Assembly: GCA_002722055.1 (NCBI GenBank)
Contig: PBKD01000005.1
Span: 17,852-81,851, forward strand
Length of the DNA: 64,000 nt
Origin: Rhodospirillaceae bacterium
GTDB lineage: Bacteria; Pseudomonadota; Alphaproteobacteria; SHVP01
Direction: 5' to 3'
Shown here piece by piece: positions 9,361 to 19,972 of this stretch. Position 1 is the stretch's first letter; each line of letters begins with the position of its first letter. Under the pieces are notes generated by a model. It was given only the letters and a program-made list of their open reading frames with translations. It searched no databases and was not told where the DNA came from. Both the position numbers and the translations under genes were made by a program.

Positions 9361-12300
9361 ATGACGTATTCTAACTTTGTTCACTTAAATGTACATTCTG
9401 CATATTCTTTAGCAGAGAGTGCTCTAAGAATTGAAGATATAATTGATTTGTGTAAAAAATACCAGATGCCAGCTATAGCCATAACTGATAATTCAAATAT
9501 GTTTGGGGCTCTAGAATTTTCAAATCAATGTGTAAAGAATGGTATAAAACCAATTATTGGTTTGTCAGTTTTTGTTGAAGAATTTATTAAAGATGATAAA
9601 TACTTAAGTAAGTTTGTTTTACTTGCTCAAAATCAGGAGGGATATAAGAATTTATTAAAATTATCTAGTAAATCATTTTTGAAATCTGATTTGCCTAGTA
9701 AACCAAAAGTCAAAATTAAAGATTTATATAAATACAATACTGGTTTAATAGCTTTGACTGGAGGCCCGGGCAGTTTATTGAATAAATTAATATTAAAAAA
9801 AGATTTTATAAACTCCAAAAAGTACTTAGAAAATATTAATCAACTTTTCAAGAATAGGTTGTATATTGAAATACAAAGACATTCATTGGAGAATGAAAAA
9901 TTATCAGAAAGTGAATTAATTAACTTAGCTTATTCGTTAAATATTCCAATTGTAGCAACCAATGAACCTTATTTTTCTGACGAAAGTATGTATTTAGCAC
10001 ATGATGCTCTTATTTGTATTTCTAGTGGAAAATATTTAGATGATAATGAAAGGGTTAGATTTTCCTCAGAGCATCGGTTTAAATCAGCTGAGGAAATGTC
10101 ACTTTTGTTTGCAGATCTACCAGAAGCTATAGAAAATACTATTTTAATTGCTAAACGATGCTCATTTATAGTCCCAAATAATGAACCAATGTTACCAAAA
10201 TTTAAAACAAAAACTGGAGAAACTGAAGAATTAGAGCTAACTAATCAATCAGAAAAAGGTCTTATTGAAAGAATTCAAAGTGATATGAATTTTAAAGGAT
10301 TAAATAATGAATTATTAGAAAAGAAAATTAATGATTATAAATTAAGGTTAAAATATGAATTAGAAGTTATTAATAAAATGGGGTTTGCTGGATATTTTCT
10401 TATAGTTGCTGATTTTATAAAATGGGCAAAAATAAAAAATATACCAGTTGGCCCTGGACGTGGTTCTGGTGCTGGTTCTTTGGTCGCGTGGGCATTAACA
10501 ATTACAGATCTTGATCCTATTAGATTTGGTCTTATTTTTGAGAGGTTCCTTAACCCTGATAGGATATCTATGCCTGATTTTGATATTGATTTTTGTCAAG
10601 AAAGAAGAGACGAAGTTATTGATTATGTTAAAGATAGATATGGTGAAGATAATGTTGCTCAAATAATAACTTTTGGTTCATTACAAGCTAGGGCCGCTTT
10701 AAGAGATGTTGGAAGAGTTTTGCAACTTCCTTATAACTTAGTTGATAAAATTTGTAAAATGGTACCTTTTAACCCTGCTAATCCAATTAAATTAGAGGAG
10801 GCAATAAAATCAGATGAGAGGTTTGGTGAATTAATTGAGCAAGATGAGACGATAAAGAACTTAATTGATATTTCGATTAAATTAGAAGGTTTATATAGAC
10901 ATGCATCTACTCATGCCGCAGGTTTAGTAATATCAGATAAACCCTTAATTGAAAATGTACCTCTTTATAGGGACCCTCGATCGGAAATGCCTATAACTCA
11001 ATTTTCTATGAAATATGCAGAGTTATCGGGGTTAGTGAAATTTGATTTTTTAGGTTTAAAAACCTTAACTGTAATTGAGAAAACAATAAATTTTTTAAAA
11101 AATAAAAATATAAATATTGATATAAATAATCTTCCGCTCGATGATGAAAAAACCTTCACAATGTTACAAAAGGGTGAGTCGATTGGTGTCTTTCAATTAG
11201 AGTCAAGCGGTATGCGCGAATTACTAAAAGATTCAAAGCCTTCTAAATTTGAAGACTTAATTGCCTTAATTGCATTATATCGACCAGGACCTATGGAGAA
11301 TATCCCGAAATATATATCTTGTAAGAATGGTACAGAAGATCCTGAGTTTCTTCATAAAACTATAGAACCAATTGTATCTGATACATATGGTGTAATTATC
11401 TACCAGGAGCAGGTTATGCAAATTGCTCAAGTATTTGCAGGTTATAGTCTGGGTCAAGCAGATATACTTAGAAGAGCGATGGGAAAAAAAATTAAATCTG
11501 AAATGGCATCCCAAAGAGATATTTTTGTTAAGGGTGCGATTAAACTTGGAGTAGAAAATGATAGAGCTGAATACGTATTTGATTTGGTAGATAAATTTGC
11601 TGGTTATGGTTTTAATAAGGCACATTCTGCTGGTTATGCATTAATTTCTTATCAAACTGCATGGTTGAAAGCAAATTATCCAGTAGAATTTTTGGCAGCT
11701 ACAATGTGTTTAGATATAAATAATACTGATAAACTAAGTATATTTATTAAAGAGTCAAAAAATTTAGGAATTAAAATTTTACAACCTGATATCAATCTCT
11801 CTGAATCTGAGTTTATTGTTGAAGAGATTCAAGAAAAAAAATTCGGTATTAGATATGGTTTGTCAGCAATAAAAAACGTAGGAAAACAAGCCATGGATAG
11901 CTTAATTAAAGAGAGAAATTCTAATGGTAAATTTTTATCTATAGCTGACTTTGCATCTAGAATAAATCCAAGTGAAATAAATAAAAGGCAAATTGAAAGT
12001 CTTGCGAAGTCAGGTTCTTTTGATTCATTAGACATTAACAGGGCTTCAATATTTTATTCAACTGAAAGAATATTAAAATTTTCTTCTAAAATATATGATG
12101 ATAAGATAACAAAACAAAGCAACTTATTTGGAAATAAGATAGATGATGAAGAGATAAGTATAAAAGACATTAAAAATTGGTCCGAATTAGATATTTTAAA
12201 GGAGGAATTTGATTCTATAGGTTTTTATTTATCTTCTCATCCTCTTGATTCTTATAAAAATGGATTAAAAAGATTAGGAGTATCATCATATGATAAAATT

Positions 12301-12831
12301 TTAAATAGAAATAAATCTGATAATGGTAAAGTAATATTAGCTGGTTCAGTTGAATCAGTTCAAGAAAGAATATCTGCGAGGGGAAATAAATATGCTTTTG
12401 TTCAACTATCTGATTTATCAGGATCCTTCGAAGTTGTTTTCTTTTCTGAACAATTTAATAAGTATAGGGAGCAAATCATTACAGGTAGGAGGGTATTACT
12501 TTTCTCAGATTATAGGTTTAATGATGGTCAAATAAGAATAACCGTAAATATTTTAAAAGATTTAGACGAATCTCTTGCGGACTCAAAAGAGAGTATAGAA
12601 ATTCATTTTTCAAGGCATTCAGAAAGAGAAAAAATATTAAATATACTTAATAAAATTACTGAGATATTAAAAAAATCAAAAAATGGAGAGAGCAAAATTA
12701 TGCTTAGAGTTCCAATTCCTGAAGAAAATAAAGAGGTAGAAATAGAGACACCTGGAGAGTATTTAATATCTCAAGATTTGATTAATAAATTGAAAATATT
12801 TCAATCTGATATAAATATAAGGAAGATTTAG
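9361..12831 (+). CDS. dnaE: DNA polymerase III subunit alpha
   Basis: PHP motif HLNVHSAYSL, GPGRGSGAGS, RISMPDFDIDF, KFDFLGL and FAGYGFNKAH; C-terminal OB fold; no intein evident. Confidence 0.98.
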   Translation: MTYSNFVHLNVHSAYSLAESALRIEDIIDLCKKYQMPAIAITDNSNMFGALEFSNQCVKNGIKPIIGLSVFVEEFIKDDKYLSKFVLLAQNQEGYKNLLKLSSKSFLKSDLPSKPKVKIKDLYKYNTGLIALTGGPGSLLNKLILKKDFINSKKYLENINQLFKNRLYIEIQRHSLENEKLSESELINLAYSLNIPIVATNEPYFSDESMYLAHDALICISSGKYLDDNERVRFSSEHRFKSAEEMSLLFADLPEAIENTILIAKRCSFIVPNNEPMLPKFKTKTGETEELELTNQSEKGLIERIQSDMNFKGLNNELLEKKINDYKLRLKYELEVINKMGFAGYFLIVADFIKWAKIKNIPVGPGRGSGAGSLVAWALTITDLDPIRFGLIFERFLNPDRISMPDFDIDFCQERRDEVIDYVKDRYGEDNVAQIITFGSLQARAALRDVGRVLQLPYNLVDKICKMVPFNPANPIKLEEAIKSDERFGELIEQDETIKNLIDISIKLEGLYRHASTHAAGLVISDKPLIENVPLYRDPRSEMPITQFSMKYAELSGLVKFDFLGLKTLTVIEKTINFLKNKNINIDINNLPLDDEKTFTMLQKGESIGVFQLESSGMRELLKDSKPSKFEDLIALIALYRPGPMENIPKYISCKNGTEDPEFLHKTIEPIVSDTYGVIIYQEQVMQIAQVFAGYSLGQADILRRAMGKKIKSEMASQRDIFVKGAIKLGVENDRAEYVFDLVDKFAGYGFNKAHSAGYALISYQTAWLKANYPVEFLAATMCLDINNTDKLSIFIKESKNLGIKILQPDINLSESEFIVEEIQEKKFGIRYGLSAIKNVGKQAMDSLIKERNSNGKFLSIADFASRINPSEINKRQIESLAKSGSFDSLDINRASIFYSTERILKFSSKIYDDKITKQSNLFGNKIDDEEISIKDIKNWSELDILKEEFDSIGFYLSSHPLDSYKNGLKRLGVSSYDKILNRNKSDNGKVILAGSVESVQERISARGNKYAFVQLSDLSGSFEVVFFSEQFNKYREQIITGRRVLLFSDYRFNDGQIRITVNILKDLDESLADSKESIEIHFSRHSEREKILNILNKITEILKKSKNGESKIMLRVPIPEENKEVEIETPGEYLISQDLINKLKIFQSDINIRKI

Positions 12832-12864
12832 GGTTACTTTTCTCAATTTCCTAGATTCTAATAC

Positions 12865-12893
12865 TTGATTTAAGTCATTCATCAGTTTAAAAC
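12865..12893 (+). promoter_or_regulatory. Candidate rpsB promoter
   Basis: TTGATT-17bp-TAAAAC upstream of the structured leader. Confidence 0.4.
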
Positions 12894-12904
12894 TATAAAA
12901 TAAA

Positions 12905-12995
12905 TTCACACGCGATAATAAGTTTTGTTTATTTGCAAATCTTTCCGGTCACTTAAAAGTGATATATCGCGGAGGTCTAACCGGAGAAAGAAAAA
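12905..12995 (+). promoter_or_regulatory. Structured rpsB 5' leader (S2 autoregulatory element-like)
   Basis: CACACGC start; CGCGATA (12911-17) pairs with TATCGCG (12965-71); TCACTT/AAGTGA inner hairpin; TCCGGT (12944-49) complementary to ACCGGA (12980-85) over the RBS. Confidence 0.7.
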
Positions 12996-13814
12996 ATGAC
13001 GTTACCAAATTTTACAATGCGCCAGCTATTAGAAGCTGGAGTTCATTTCGGCCATCAGAAACAGCGATGGAACCCTAAAATGACATCCTATCTTTTTGGT
13101 GAGAGAAATGGAATACATATAATAGATCTTAGACAAACTGTTCCTATGATCCATGCAGCAATAAATGCACTTAGAGATGTTGTATCTAAAGGAGGAAGAG
13201 TTCTCTTTGTAGGTACTAAAAGACAAGCATCTGAAGCTGTTAAAGATGCAGCAAGTAAATGTGGGCAATATTATGTTGATCATAGATGGTTAGGTGGAAT
13301 GCTTACTAATTGGAATACAATTTCTGTATCTATCAATAGGCTTAAAGATTTTGATGATCAATTAGCTAAAGAAGATCTAGGTTTAACTAAAAGAGAGAGG
13401 CTTAATCTTCAAAGACAACGAGATAAGTTAGAACGCGCTTTAGGTGGTATAAAAGAAATGGGAGGGCTTCCTGATATTATTTTCATTATTGATACAAATA
13501 AAGAAGAAATAGCTGTTCAGGAAGCAGTAAAATTAAATATACCTATTGTTGCTATTATTGACTCAAATAGTAATCCTGATGGAATAACATATCCTATACC
13601 TGGAAATGATGATGCACTTAGGGCTATAAATTTATATTTAGAATTGATGTCTGACGCAGTTTTAGACGGCTTACAACAGGAAATATCTAATACTAACGTT
13701 GATATAGGATCTTCGGAAGAACCAAATCCTGAAAAATTGCCTGAAGAAACTATTGTTGAGGAAACTTCAAAAACTGATGAAAATAAAACATCAAACCAGG
13801 AAAATAATTCTTAA
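12996..13814 (+). CDS. rpsB: 30S ribosomal protein S2
   Basis: Motifs [19 protein letters not shown] and PIPGNDDA. Confidence 0.99.
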   Translation: MTLPNFTMRQLLEAGVHFGHQKQRWNPKMTSYLFGERNGIHIIDLRQTVPMIHAAINALRDVVSKGGRVLFVGTKRQASEAVKDAASKCGQYYVDHRWLGGMLTNWNTISVSINRLKDFDDQLAKEDLGLTKRERLNLQRQRDKLERALGGIKEMGGLPDIIFIIDTNKEEIAVQEAVKLNIPIVAIIDSNSNPDGITYPIPGNDDALRAINLYLELMSDAVLDGLQQEISNTNVDIGSSEEPNPEKLPEETIVEETSKTDENKTSNQENNS

Positions 13815-13855
13815 ATAAAAGTTTTAAAAGGGTTGGGTAAAATATAGGGAATATT

Positions 13856-14740
13856 ATGACTGATATATCAGCAAAATTAGTTAAAGAATTAAGAATCTTA
13901 ACTGGCGCAGGAATGATGGACTGTAAAAAAGCACTTTCTGAATCAGGAGGTGAATTTGAAGAGGCGATTGACTGGTTAAGAACAAAAGGTCTTGCTACTG
14001 CAGCAAAGAAATCTGATAGAGATGCAAATGAGGGCTTAGTTTGTGTTAAAGTAAATAATAATTTAGGAACTATCATTGAGGTAAACTCTGAAACTGATTT
14101 TGTTGCTAGAAATGATCAATTTCAAGCTTTTGTCAGTACAATAGCTGATGAAGCATTGTATGAAGAAGTCTCTTTAGATAATTTATTAAGCAAACCTTAC
14201 CCCGACTCAGAAATAACTATTAGTGAAAAATTAAATGAGTTAGTATCTACCATTGGTGAAAATTTATCTATCAAAAGGGTTAAAAGTATATCTGTAAAAA
14301 ATGGAAAAATCTGTAGCTACATCCATAATGTTGTGGCTCCTAATTTGGGAAGAATAGGGGTTCTTGTCGGTATTGAAGCAGAAAAAGTTGATGAAGAAAT
14401 TGATAACATTTCAAAGCAGATTGCAATGCACATAGCAGCCACTTCCCCCCTTTCAATATCAAAAGACGATCTTAGTGAGGATATAATTAACAAAGAAAAA
14501 GATGTCTATAAAAACCAGGCCATTGAGTCAGGTAAACCTGAAAATATTATAAATAAAATGGTTGAAGGTAGATTAAGAAAATTTTTTGAGGAAGTTTGTT
14601 TGTATGATCAAGTCTTTGTTATTGATAATGAAACAAAAATTTCAGATTTGTTGCTTAATTTCAGTAAAGAATTTAATAACAAGGTTAGTATTAGCAGTTT
14701 TGTACGTTTTCAATTAGGAGAGAAAATACTTAAACAATAA
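13856..14740 (+). CDS. tsf: Elongation factor Ts
   Basis: Motifs VKELR..TGAGMMDCKKAL, EVNSETDFVA and IAMHIAA. Confidence 0.98.
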   Translation: MTDISAKLVKELRILTGAGMMDCKKALSESGGEFEEAIDWLRTKGLATAAKKSDRDANEGLVCVKVNNNLGTIIEVNSETDFVARNDQFQAFVSTIADEALYEEVSLDNLLSKPYPDSEITISEKLNELVSTIGENLSIKRVKSISVKNGKICSYIHNVVAPNLGRIGVLVGIEAEKVDEEIDNISKQIAMHIAATSPLSISKDDLSEDIINKEKDVYKNQAIESGKPENIINKMVEGRLRKFFEEVCLYDQVFVIDNETKISDLLLNFSKEFNNKVSISSFVRFQLGEKILKQ

Positions 14741-14797
14741 CGATTTAAAATTTTATTTAATATGTTAATCTAATAATTCTTTGAATGGAATATATAA

Positions 14798-15529
14798 ATG
14801 CTTTCTTCACCAAAGTTTAAAAGAGTATTGCTTAAAGTTTCCGGTGAAGCTCTAATGGGAAAACAACAGTTTGGAATTGATTGGGAAACTGTAACTTCAA
14901 CTGCCAATGAAATATCAAAAGTTGTTAATATGGGTGTGCAAGTTTGCTTAGTTATTGGAGCAGGTAACATTTTTAGAGGTGCTTCAGCAGCTAAAGAGGG
15001 TATGGAAAGATCTAGTGCGGATTATATGGGTATGTTAGCAACTGTAATTAATGCCCTATCTATGCAACATGCTTTAGAAAAATTTGATATTTCAACAAGA
15101 GTTATGTCTGCTATTCCAATGCAATCAGTCTGTGAACCATATATACGAAGGAGAGGGTTGCATCATTTGCAAGAATCAAGAGTTGTAATTTTTGCAGGAG
15201 GTACAGGTAATCCATATTTTACAACAGATACAGCTGCAGCATTAAGAGCGGCAGAAATGAATTGTGATGTGCTTTTAAAAGGTACTCAAGTAGATGGAGT
15301 TTACGATTCTGATCCTAAAATCCATACCTCTGCAAAAAAATATCAATCATTAAGCTATCTAGATGTTCTCTCGAAAGATTTGAAAGTTATGGATGCAGCA
15401 GCAATAACTTTAGCTAGGGATTCAAATATACCTATTATTGTTTTCTCAATTCATGAGGAAAATGCGCTAGCTGATGTTATATCAGGTGAAGGATCTCATA
15501 CAAAAATTTATAATTCTGAAAGAGATTAA
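14798..15529 (+). CDS. pyrH: UMP kinase
   Basis: Motifs [17 protein letters not shown] and [17 protein letters not shown]. Confidence 0.98.
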   Translation: MLSSPKFKRVLLKVSGEALMGKQQFGIDWETVTSTANEISKVVNMGVQVCLVIGAGNIFRGASAAKEGMERSSADYMGMLATVINALSMQHALEKFDISTRVMSAIPMQSVCEPYIRRRGLHHLQESRVVIFAGGTGNPYFTTDTAAALRAAEMNCDVLLKGTQVDGVYDSDPKIHTSAKKYQSLSYLDVLSKDLKVMDAAAITLARDSNIPIIVFSIHEENALADVISGEGSHTKIYNSERD

Positions 15530-15544
15530 TTAAAGGTTAGGAAT

Positions 15545-16099
15545 ATGTCTTTAGATAAAAATGAAATTGAAAAAAAGATGAAATTTACTGTTGAAAATTT
15601 TTTAAATGAATTATCAGGTATAAGAACAGGTAGAGCTTCAACAAAAATATTAGACTCCTTAAAAGTAAATTCATATGGTTCTGATATGCCAATTGATCAA
15701 CTTGGCACTGTAAGTGTGCAAGACTCTAGATTGTTAACAGTTCAAGTATGGGATAAATCTCAAATTCAAAATGTAGAAAAATCAATTAGAGAATCAGGGT
15801 TAGGTTTGAATCCTAATGTTGATGGTCAACTGATAAGAATTCCTATACCAGAATTAAATGAAGAAAGACGAACAGAGTTAACAAAAATTATAGGGAAATA
15901 TGCTGAACAAGCACGAATTGCAATTAGAAATATTAGAAGAGAAGGAATGGAACAATTAAAAAAATTAGAGAAATCAGGGGAAATTTCTCAAGATGAGCAT
16001 AAAAGATCTTCATCTGAAATTCAAATGTTAACTGATAATAAGATAAATGATATCGATACTGCTCAAGAAAAAAAATCAGAAGAGGTTATGCAGGTTTGA
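15545..16099 (+). CDS. frr: Ribosome recycling factor
   Basis: Motifs IRTGRAS, IPIPELNEERR and AIRNIRR. Confidence 0.98.
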   Translation: MSLDKNEIEKKMKFTVENFLNELSGIRTGRASTKILDSLKVNSYGSDMPIDQLGTVSVQDSRLLTVQVWDKSQIQNVEKSIRESGLGLNPNVDGQLIRIPIPELNEERRTELTKIIGKYAEQARIAIRNIRREGMEQLKKLEKSGEISQDEHKRSSSEIQMLTDNKINDIDTAQEKKSEEVMQV

Positions 16100-16836
16100 G
16101 TACATTAATAAATATATCAGAAGACGTATTGGCATCACCACCTAATCACGTAGCAATAATAATGGATGGAAATAGAAGATGGGCGCATTCAAGAGGTCTA
16201 TCAATCCTTGCTGGACATAGAAAAGGGGCCCAAGTTGTTAGGGAGGTTGTTGAGGTATGTCCAAATTTGGGTGTTAACTATTTGACTCTTTTTGCCTTTT
16301 CTTCTGAAAACTGGAAAAGACCTGTTCTAGAGGTAAATGATTTAATGTCATTGTTAAAGTTATATATTTCCAAAGAATTAACTAATCTCCATAAAAATAA
16401 TGTTAAATTTCAAATTATTGGAGATAAATCTGCCCTATCTGATGATATCCAAAAGCTGCTTAATGAGGCAGAAAGAATTACAGAAGGTAATTCTGGTTTA
16501 AAACTTTGTTTAGCGTTAAATTATGGATCTCGTAATGAATTAACTTATGCAGTAAAAAAAATATGTGAAAAAGTTAAAATTGGTGAAATTAAAGTTGATG
16601 AAATTGATGAGTTTAAATTAAATAATTATTTATATACCTCAGGTATACCAGATCCTGATTTATTAATTAGAACATCAGGCGAAATGCGATTAAGTAATTT
16701 TTTATTATGGCAATTAGCTTATACTGAACTATTATTCACTGAAACTTTATGGCCAGATTTCAATAAAGAAAAGTTTATAGCAGCAGTTAAAGATTTTCAG
16801 AAAAGAGAAAGACGTTATGGTTCGGCCTCTTCGTGA
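16096..16836 (+). CDS. uppS: Undecaprenyl/isoprenyl diphosphate synthase
   Basis: Motifs HVAIIMDGNRRWA, FAFSSENWKRP and DLLIRTSGEMRLSNFLLWQ; TTG start overlaps the frr stop. Confidence 0.97.
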   Translation: MSTLINISEDVLASPPNHVAIIMDGNRRWAHSRGLSILAGHRKGAQVVREVVEVCPNLGVNYLTLFAFSSENWKRPVLEVNDLMSLLKLYISKELTNLHKNNVKFQIIGDKSALSDDIQKLLNEAERITEGNSGLKLCLALNYGSRNELTYAVKKICEKVKIGEIKVDEIDEFKLNNYLYTSGIPDPDLLIRTSGEMRLSNFLLWQLAYTELLFTETLWPDFNKEKFIAAVKDFQKRERRYGSASS

Positions 16837-16848
16837 TTTAGGTTTTAT

Positions 16849-17649
16849 GTGCAAAACGAATTTTTAAAAAGATTAATTTCTACACTAATACTTGTGCCTA
16901 TTGTCCTTGGGTCATTCTATCTTGGTGGTAGCTATTTTATTTTACTGATAATATTTATTGTTATACTTGCTTTATATGAGTGGGATAAAATTATACAATT
17001 GCAAATATTGGAACCTCTTTATTTTATTAGATCAATGATTGTAATTCCCATAATTTTTTTGACAATGTATTATAAAGAAAATTTATTTTTATTATTATTT
17101 TTAATAATTGGATTTATATTCACTTTAATCATTTCTAAGAAAGAAAGAAACTTAATTTTTCCTTCTTTAGGTTATATTTTGATATTATGTCCTGCTTTAT
17201 CTATAGTTATGTTAAGGTTATCTGCATATTTTGAATATACATTCATTGTAGGATTTTTTAGTGTAGTTTGGTTATCTGACATTGGTGGATATATTTTTGG
17301 TAATATTTTTCGCGGTCCAAGGCTAATTCCCTCAATAAGTCCTAATAAAACTTTTTCTGGTGCTATTGGATCAATTTTGTTACCCCTTGCTGTATTATTA
17401 ACTTTACACTTTTTTTTTCAATTTAATTATTTAATTTTATTATTATTATTAGTCATTTTTGTTTCTTTATTAGCGCAGTTAGGAGATCTTAGTGAATCAT
17501 TGTTTAAGAGAAGATTTGGTGTAAAAAATAGTGGAAATTTGATACCAGGTCATGGTGGTATTTTAGATAGAATTGATAGCTTTATATATACCATACCTTT
17601 CTTTTCTATAATATATTTTACATTTGATCTGGGGAGATTATGGAATTGA
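16849..17649 (+). CDS. cdsA: Phosphatidate cytidylyltransferase
   Basis: Motifs ISPNKT and GDLSESLFKRRFGVKNSGNLIPGHGGILDRIDS. Confidence 0.96.
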   Translation: MQNEFLKRLISTLILVPIVLGSFYLGGSYFILLIIFIVILALYEWDKIIQLQILEPLYFIRSMIVIPIIFLTMYYKENLFLLLFLIIGFIFTLIISKKERNLIFPSLGYILILCPALSIVMLRLSAYFEYTFIVGFFSVVWLSDIGGYIFGNIFRGPRLIPSISPNKTFSGAIGSILLPLAVLLTLHFFFQFNYLILLLLLVIFVSLLAQLGDLSESLFKRRFGVKNSGNLIPGHGGILDRIDSFIYTIPFFSIIYFTFDLGRLWN

Positions 17650-18830
17650 TCCAAGAAATAGAAAATAAAAAGTCAATAAGTATTCTTGGGTCTACTGGAT
17701 CAATTGGAAAAAGTACTCTTGATTTAATCTCACTTAATAGAAGTCAATATCAAATCGAAGTTCTTTCATGCTTTGATAATTATAAGCTTTTAGCTGAACA
17801 GGCTATAAAATTTAAACCAAAGAGAGTGGTACTAAGTGATCCAAAAAATTATAATGAACTTAAAAAACTACTATTTGGAACAAATATAGAAATATTATCC
17901 GGGAGAAAATCATTAATTGAATCAGCTTCAATTCCTGTTGATTGGGTTATGTCTTCTATAGTTGGTATGGCTGGATTAGAGCCAACAATCTCTGCAGTAA
18001 AACAAGGTACAACTGTAGCATTAGCTAATAAAGAGTGTTTAGTAAGCGCAGGGAATATTTTTATGTCTGAGGTTGAAAAAAATTCAGCTATATTATTACC
18101 AGTTGACTCAGAACATAATGGAATATTTCAAATTTTAAATTTAAATTCTGGTAGAGAGGTAGAAAAAATTATTCTCACAGCATCAGGTGGTCCATTTTTA
18201 AATTTAAATAAGGATAAATTTCATGATATTACGCCTAAAGAAGCATTAGCTCACCCAAATTGGTCTATGGGTCCAAAAATTTCTATAGATTCTGCAACAA
18301 TGATGAATAAAGGATTAGAGCTTATTGAAGCTCATTATTTTTTTATTGAAAAAAATAGTAATGTTAAGTTAGATTTAATTGTACATCCCCAATCAATTAT
18401 TCATGCTTTAGTAGAGTTTATTGACGGTTCTATAATTCTTCAAATGTCAACACCAGATATGAAAATACCTATTTCATATACATTAAATTGGCCATGTAGA
18501 GCATCTAATTCAGCAAAGAAAATAGATTTAGCTATGATGGATAAATTAACTTTCCAGGATCCAGATATAGAGAAATTCCCTGCTATAAAAATATGTAAGG
18601 AAGTATTATATTCTGATCAAGGCTATGGTGTGGCTCTTAATGCTGCTAATGAGGAATCAGTAATGGCTTTTTTAAATGGAATGATAAAATTTACAGATAT
18701 TATATCAATCATACAGAATGTTTTAGAAAAATATAAGCCAGAAAAATCAACATGTATTTCAGAAATAATTGAACTTGATAATATTTCTAGAGAAATAACA
18801 AAAAAAGAAATAAGCAAATGTTTGATGTAA
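17640..18830 (+). CDS. dxr: 1-deoxy-D-xylulose-5-phosphate reductoisomerase
   Basis: Motifs LGSTGSIG, ALANKE, LPVDSEH, LTASGGPF and HPNWSMGPKISIDSATMMNKGLE. Confidence 0.97.
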   Translation: MELIQEIENKKSISILGSTGSIGKSTLDLISLNRSQYQIEVLSCFDNYKLLAEQAIKFKPKRVVLSDPKNYNELKKLLFGTNIEILSGRKSLIESASIPVDWVMSSIVGMAGLEPTISAVKQGTTVALANKECLVSAGNIFMSEVEKNSAILLPVDSEHNGIFQILNLNSGREVEKIILTASGGPFLNLNKDKFHDITPKEALAHPNWSMGPKISIDSATMMNKGLELIEAHYFFIEKNSNVKLDLIVHPQSIIHALVEFIDGSIILQMSTPDMKIPISYTLNWPCRASNSAKKIDLAMMDKLTFQDPDIEKFPAIKICKEVLYSDQGYGVALNAANEESVMAFLNGMIKFTDIISIIQNVLEKYKPEKSTCISEIIELDNISREITKKEISKCLM

Positions 18831-19954
18831 TTATAAATTTAATTAATTATATAGTCCCTTTTATGATTGTACTCACTTTATTAGTATTTGTACATGAGAT
18901 GGGTCACTATTTAATTGCAAGAATAAATTCTGTAAAAGTTGAGGTTTTTTCCATAGGTTTTGGCCCAGAATTATTTGGTTTTTTTGATGGTAATGGTACA
19001 AGGTGGAGGTTTAGTTTAATTCCACTCGGAGGATATGTTAAATTTCTAGGTGATATGGGTCCTGCTTCAATGCCTAATCAATCAAAAATTGATAAGAAAT
19101 CACCAAACCATGATTTAATGTTTCATAATAAAACAATTTTTCAAAGGGCCTCAATAGTGGTGGCAGGGCCATTAGCAAATTTCATTTTATCAATAATTAT
19201 TTTTTCTTTTATTTTTTTAGTGTATGGTAAATCTTTTTCCTTACCAATTATTAATGAAATTTTACCTAATAGTGCTGCTGAAAGATATGGTCTTAAAGAA
19301 AGAGATACTATTTTATCAGTAGGTAGAAATAAAATTAAAAATTTTGAAGATTTAAGAAGTATCATTCAATTGAATCCTAATATAAAACTAAAAATGAATA
19401 TATTGAGAGATGGTAAAGTTATTGATTTAATTGTTATTCCTTCATTGGTTGAGATCGAGGATAATTTTGGAAATAAGTATAAAATTGGCCAACTGGGTGT
19501 TCGTAGCAATGAAACAGAATATATTAAACTTGGTTTTATACCATCCTTATTATCCTCCATAGATCAAACTTATAGTGTAATTAAAATATCTTTAGTTGCC
19601 ATTAAACAGATATTGTTTGGTAAAAGAAGTACTGATGAACTTGCTGGAGTAATTGGAATTGCTAAGATGACAGGTGATGTTGCTCAGGTAAGTATTATTG
19701 CCGTGCTTCAGCTTATGGCTTTTTTATCCATAAGTTTGGGCCTTGTTAATTTATTTCCTATCCCTTTGTTAGATGGTGGTCACTTACTTTTTTACATTTT
19801 TGAAGCAATTTTAGGTAGACCCTTAAGTATTAAAGTGCAAGAATTTGGTATGAAATTAGGTTTAATTGTAGTAATTTTTTTATTTTTATTAACCACAGTT
19901 AATGATCTAAGTAGAGTTAATTTTTTTAATACAATTTATAGAATATTTAGTTAG
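18818..19954 (+). CDS. rseP: RIP metalloprotease RseP
   Basis: HEMGH zinc motif, AGPLAN, single PDZ domain and NLFPIPLLDGGH. Confidence 0.96.
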   Translation: MFDVIINLINYIVPFMIVLTLLVFVHEMGHYLIARINSVKVEVFSIGFGPELFGFFDGNGTRWRFSLIPLGGYVKFLGDMGPASMPNQSKIDKKSPNHDLMFHNKTIFQRASIVVAGPLANFILSIIIFSFIFLVYGKSFSLPIINEILPNSAAERYGLKERDTILSVGRNKIKNFEDLRSIIQLNPNIKLKMNILRDGKVIDLIVIPSLVEIEDNFGNKYKIGQLGVRSNETEYIKLGFIPSLLSSIDQTYSVIKISLVAIKQILFGKRSTDELAGVIGIAKMTGDVAQVSIIAVLQLMAFLSISLGLVNLFPIPLLDGGHLLFYIFEAILGRPLSIKVQEFGMKLGLIVVIFLFLLTTVNDLSRVNFFNTIYRIFS

Positions 19955-19972
19955 AATTAAGAGAGCAATCAA

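Noticed and set aside
9361-12831. Possible intein or split in dnaE
   Set aside because: Length and motif spacing are ordinary; no intein signature seen.
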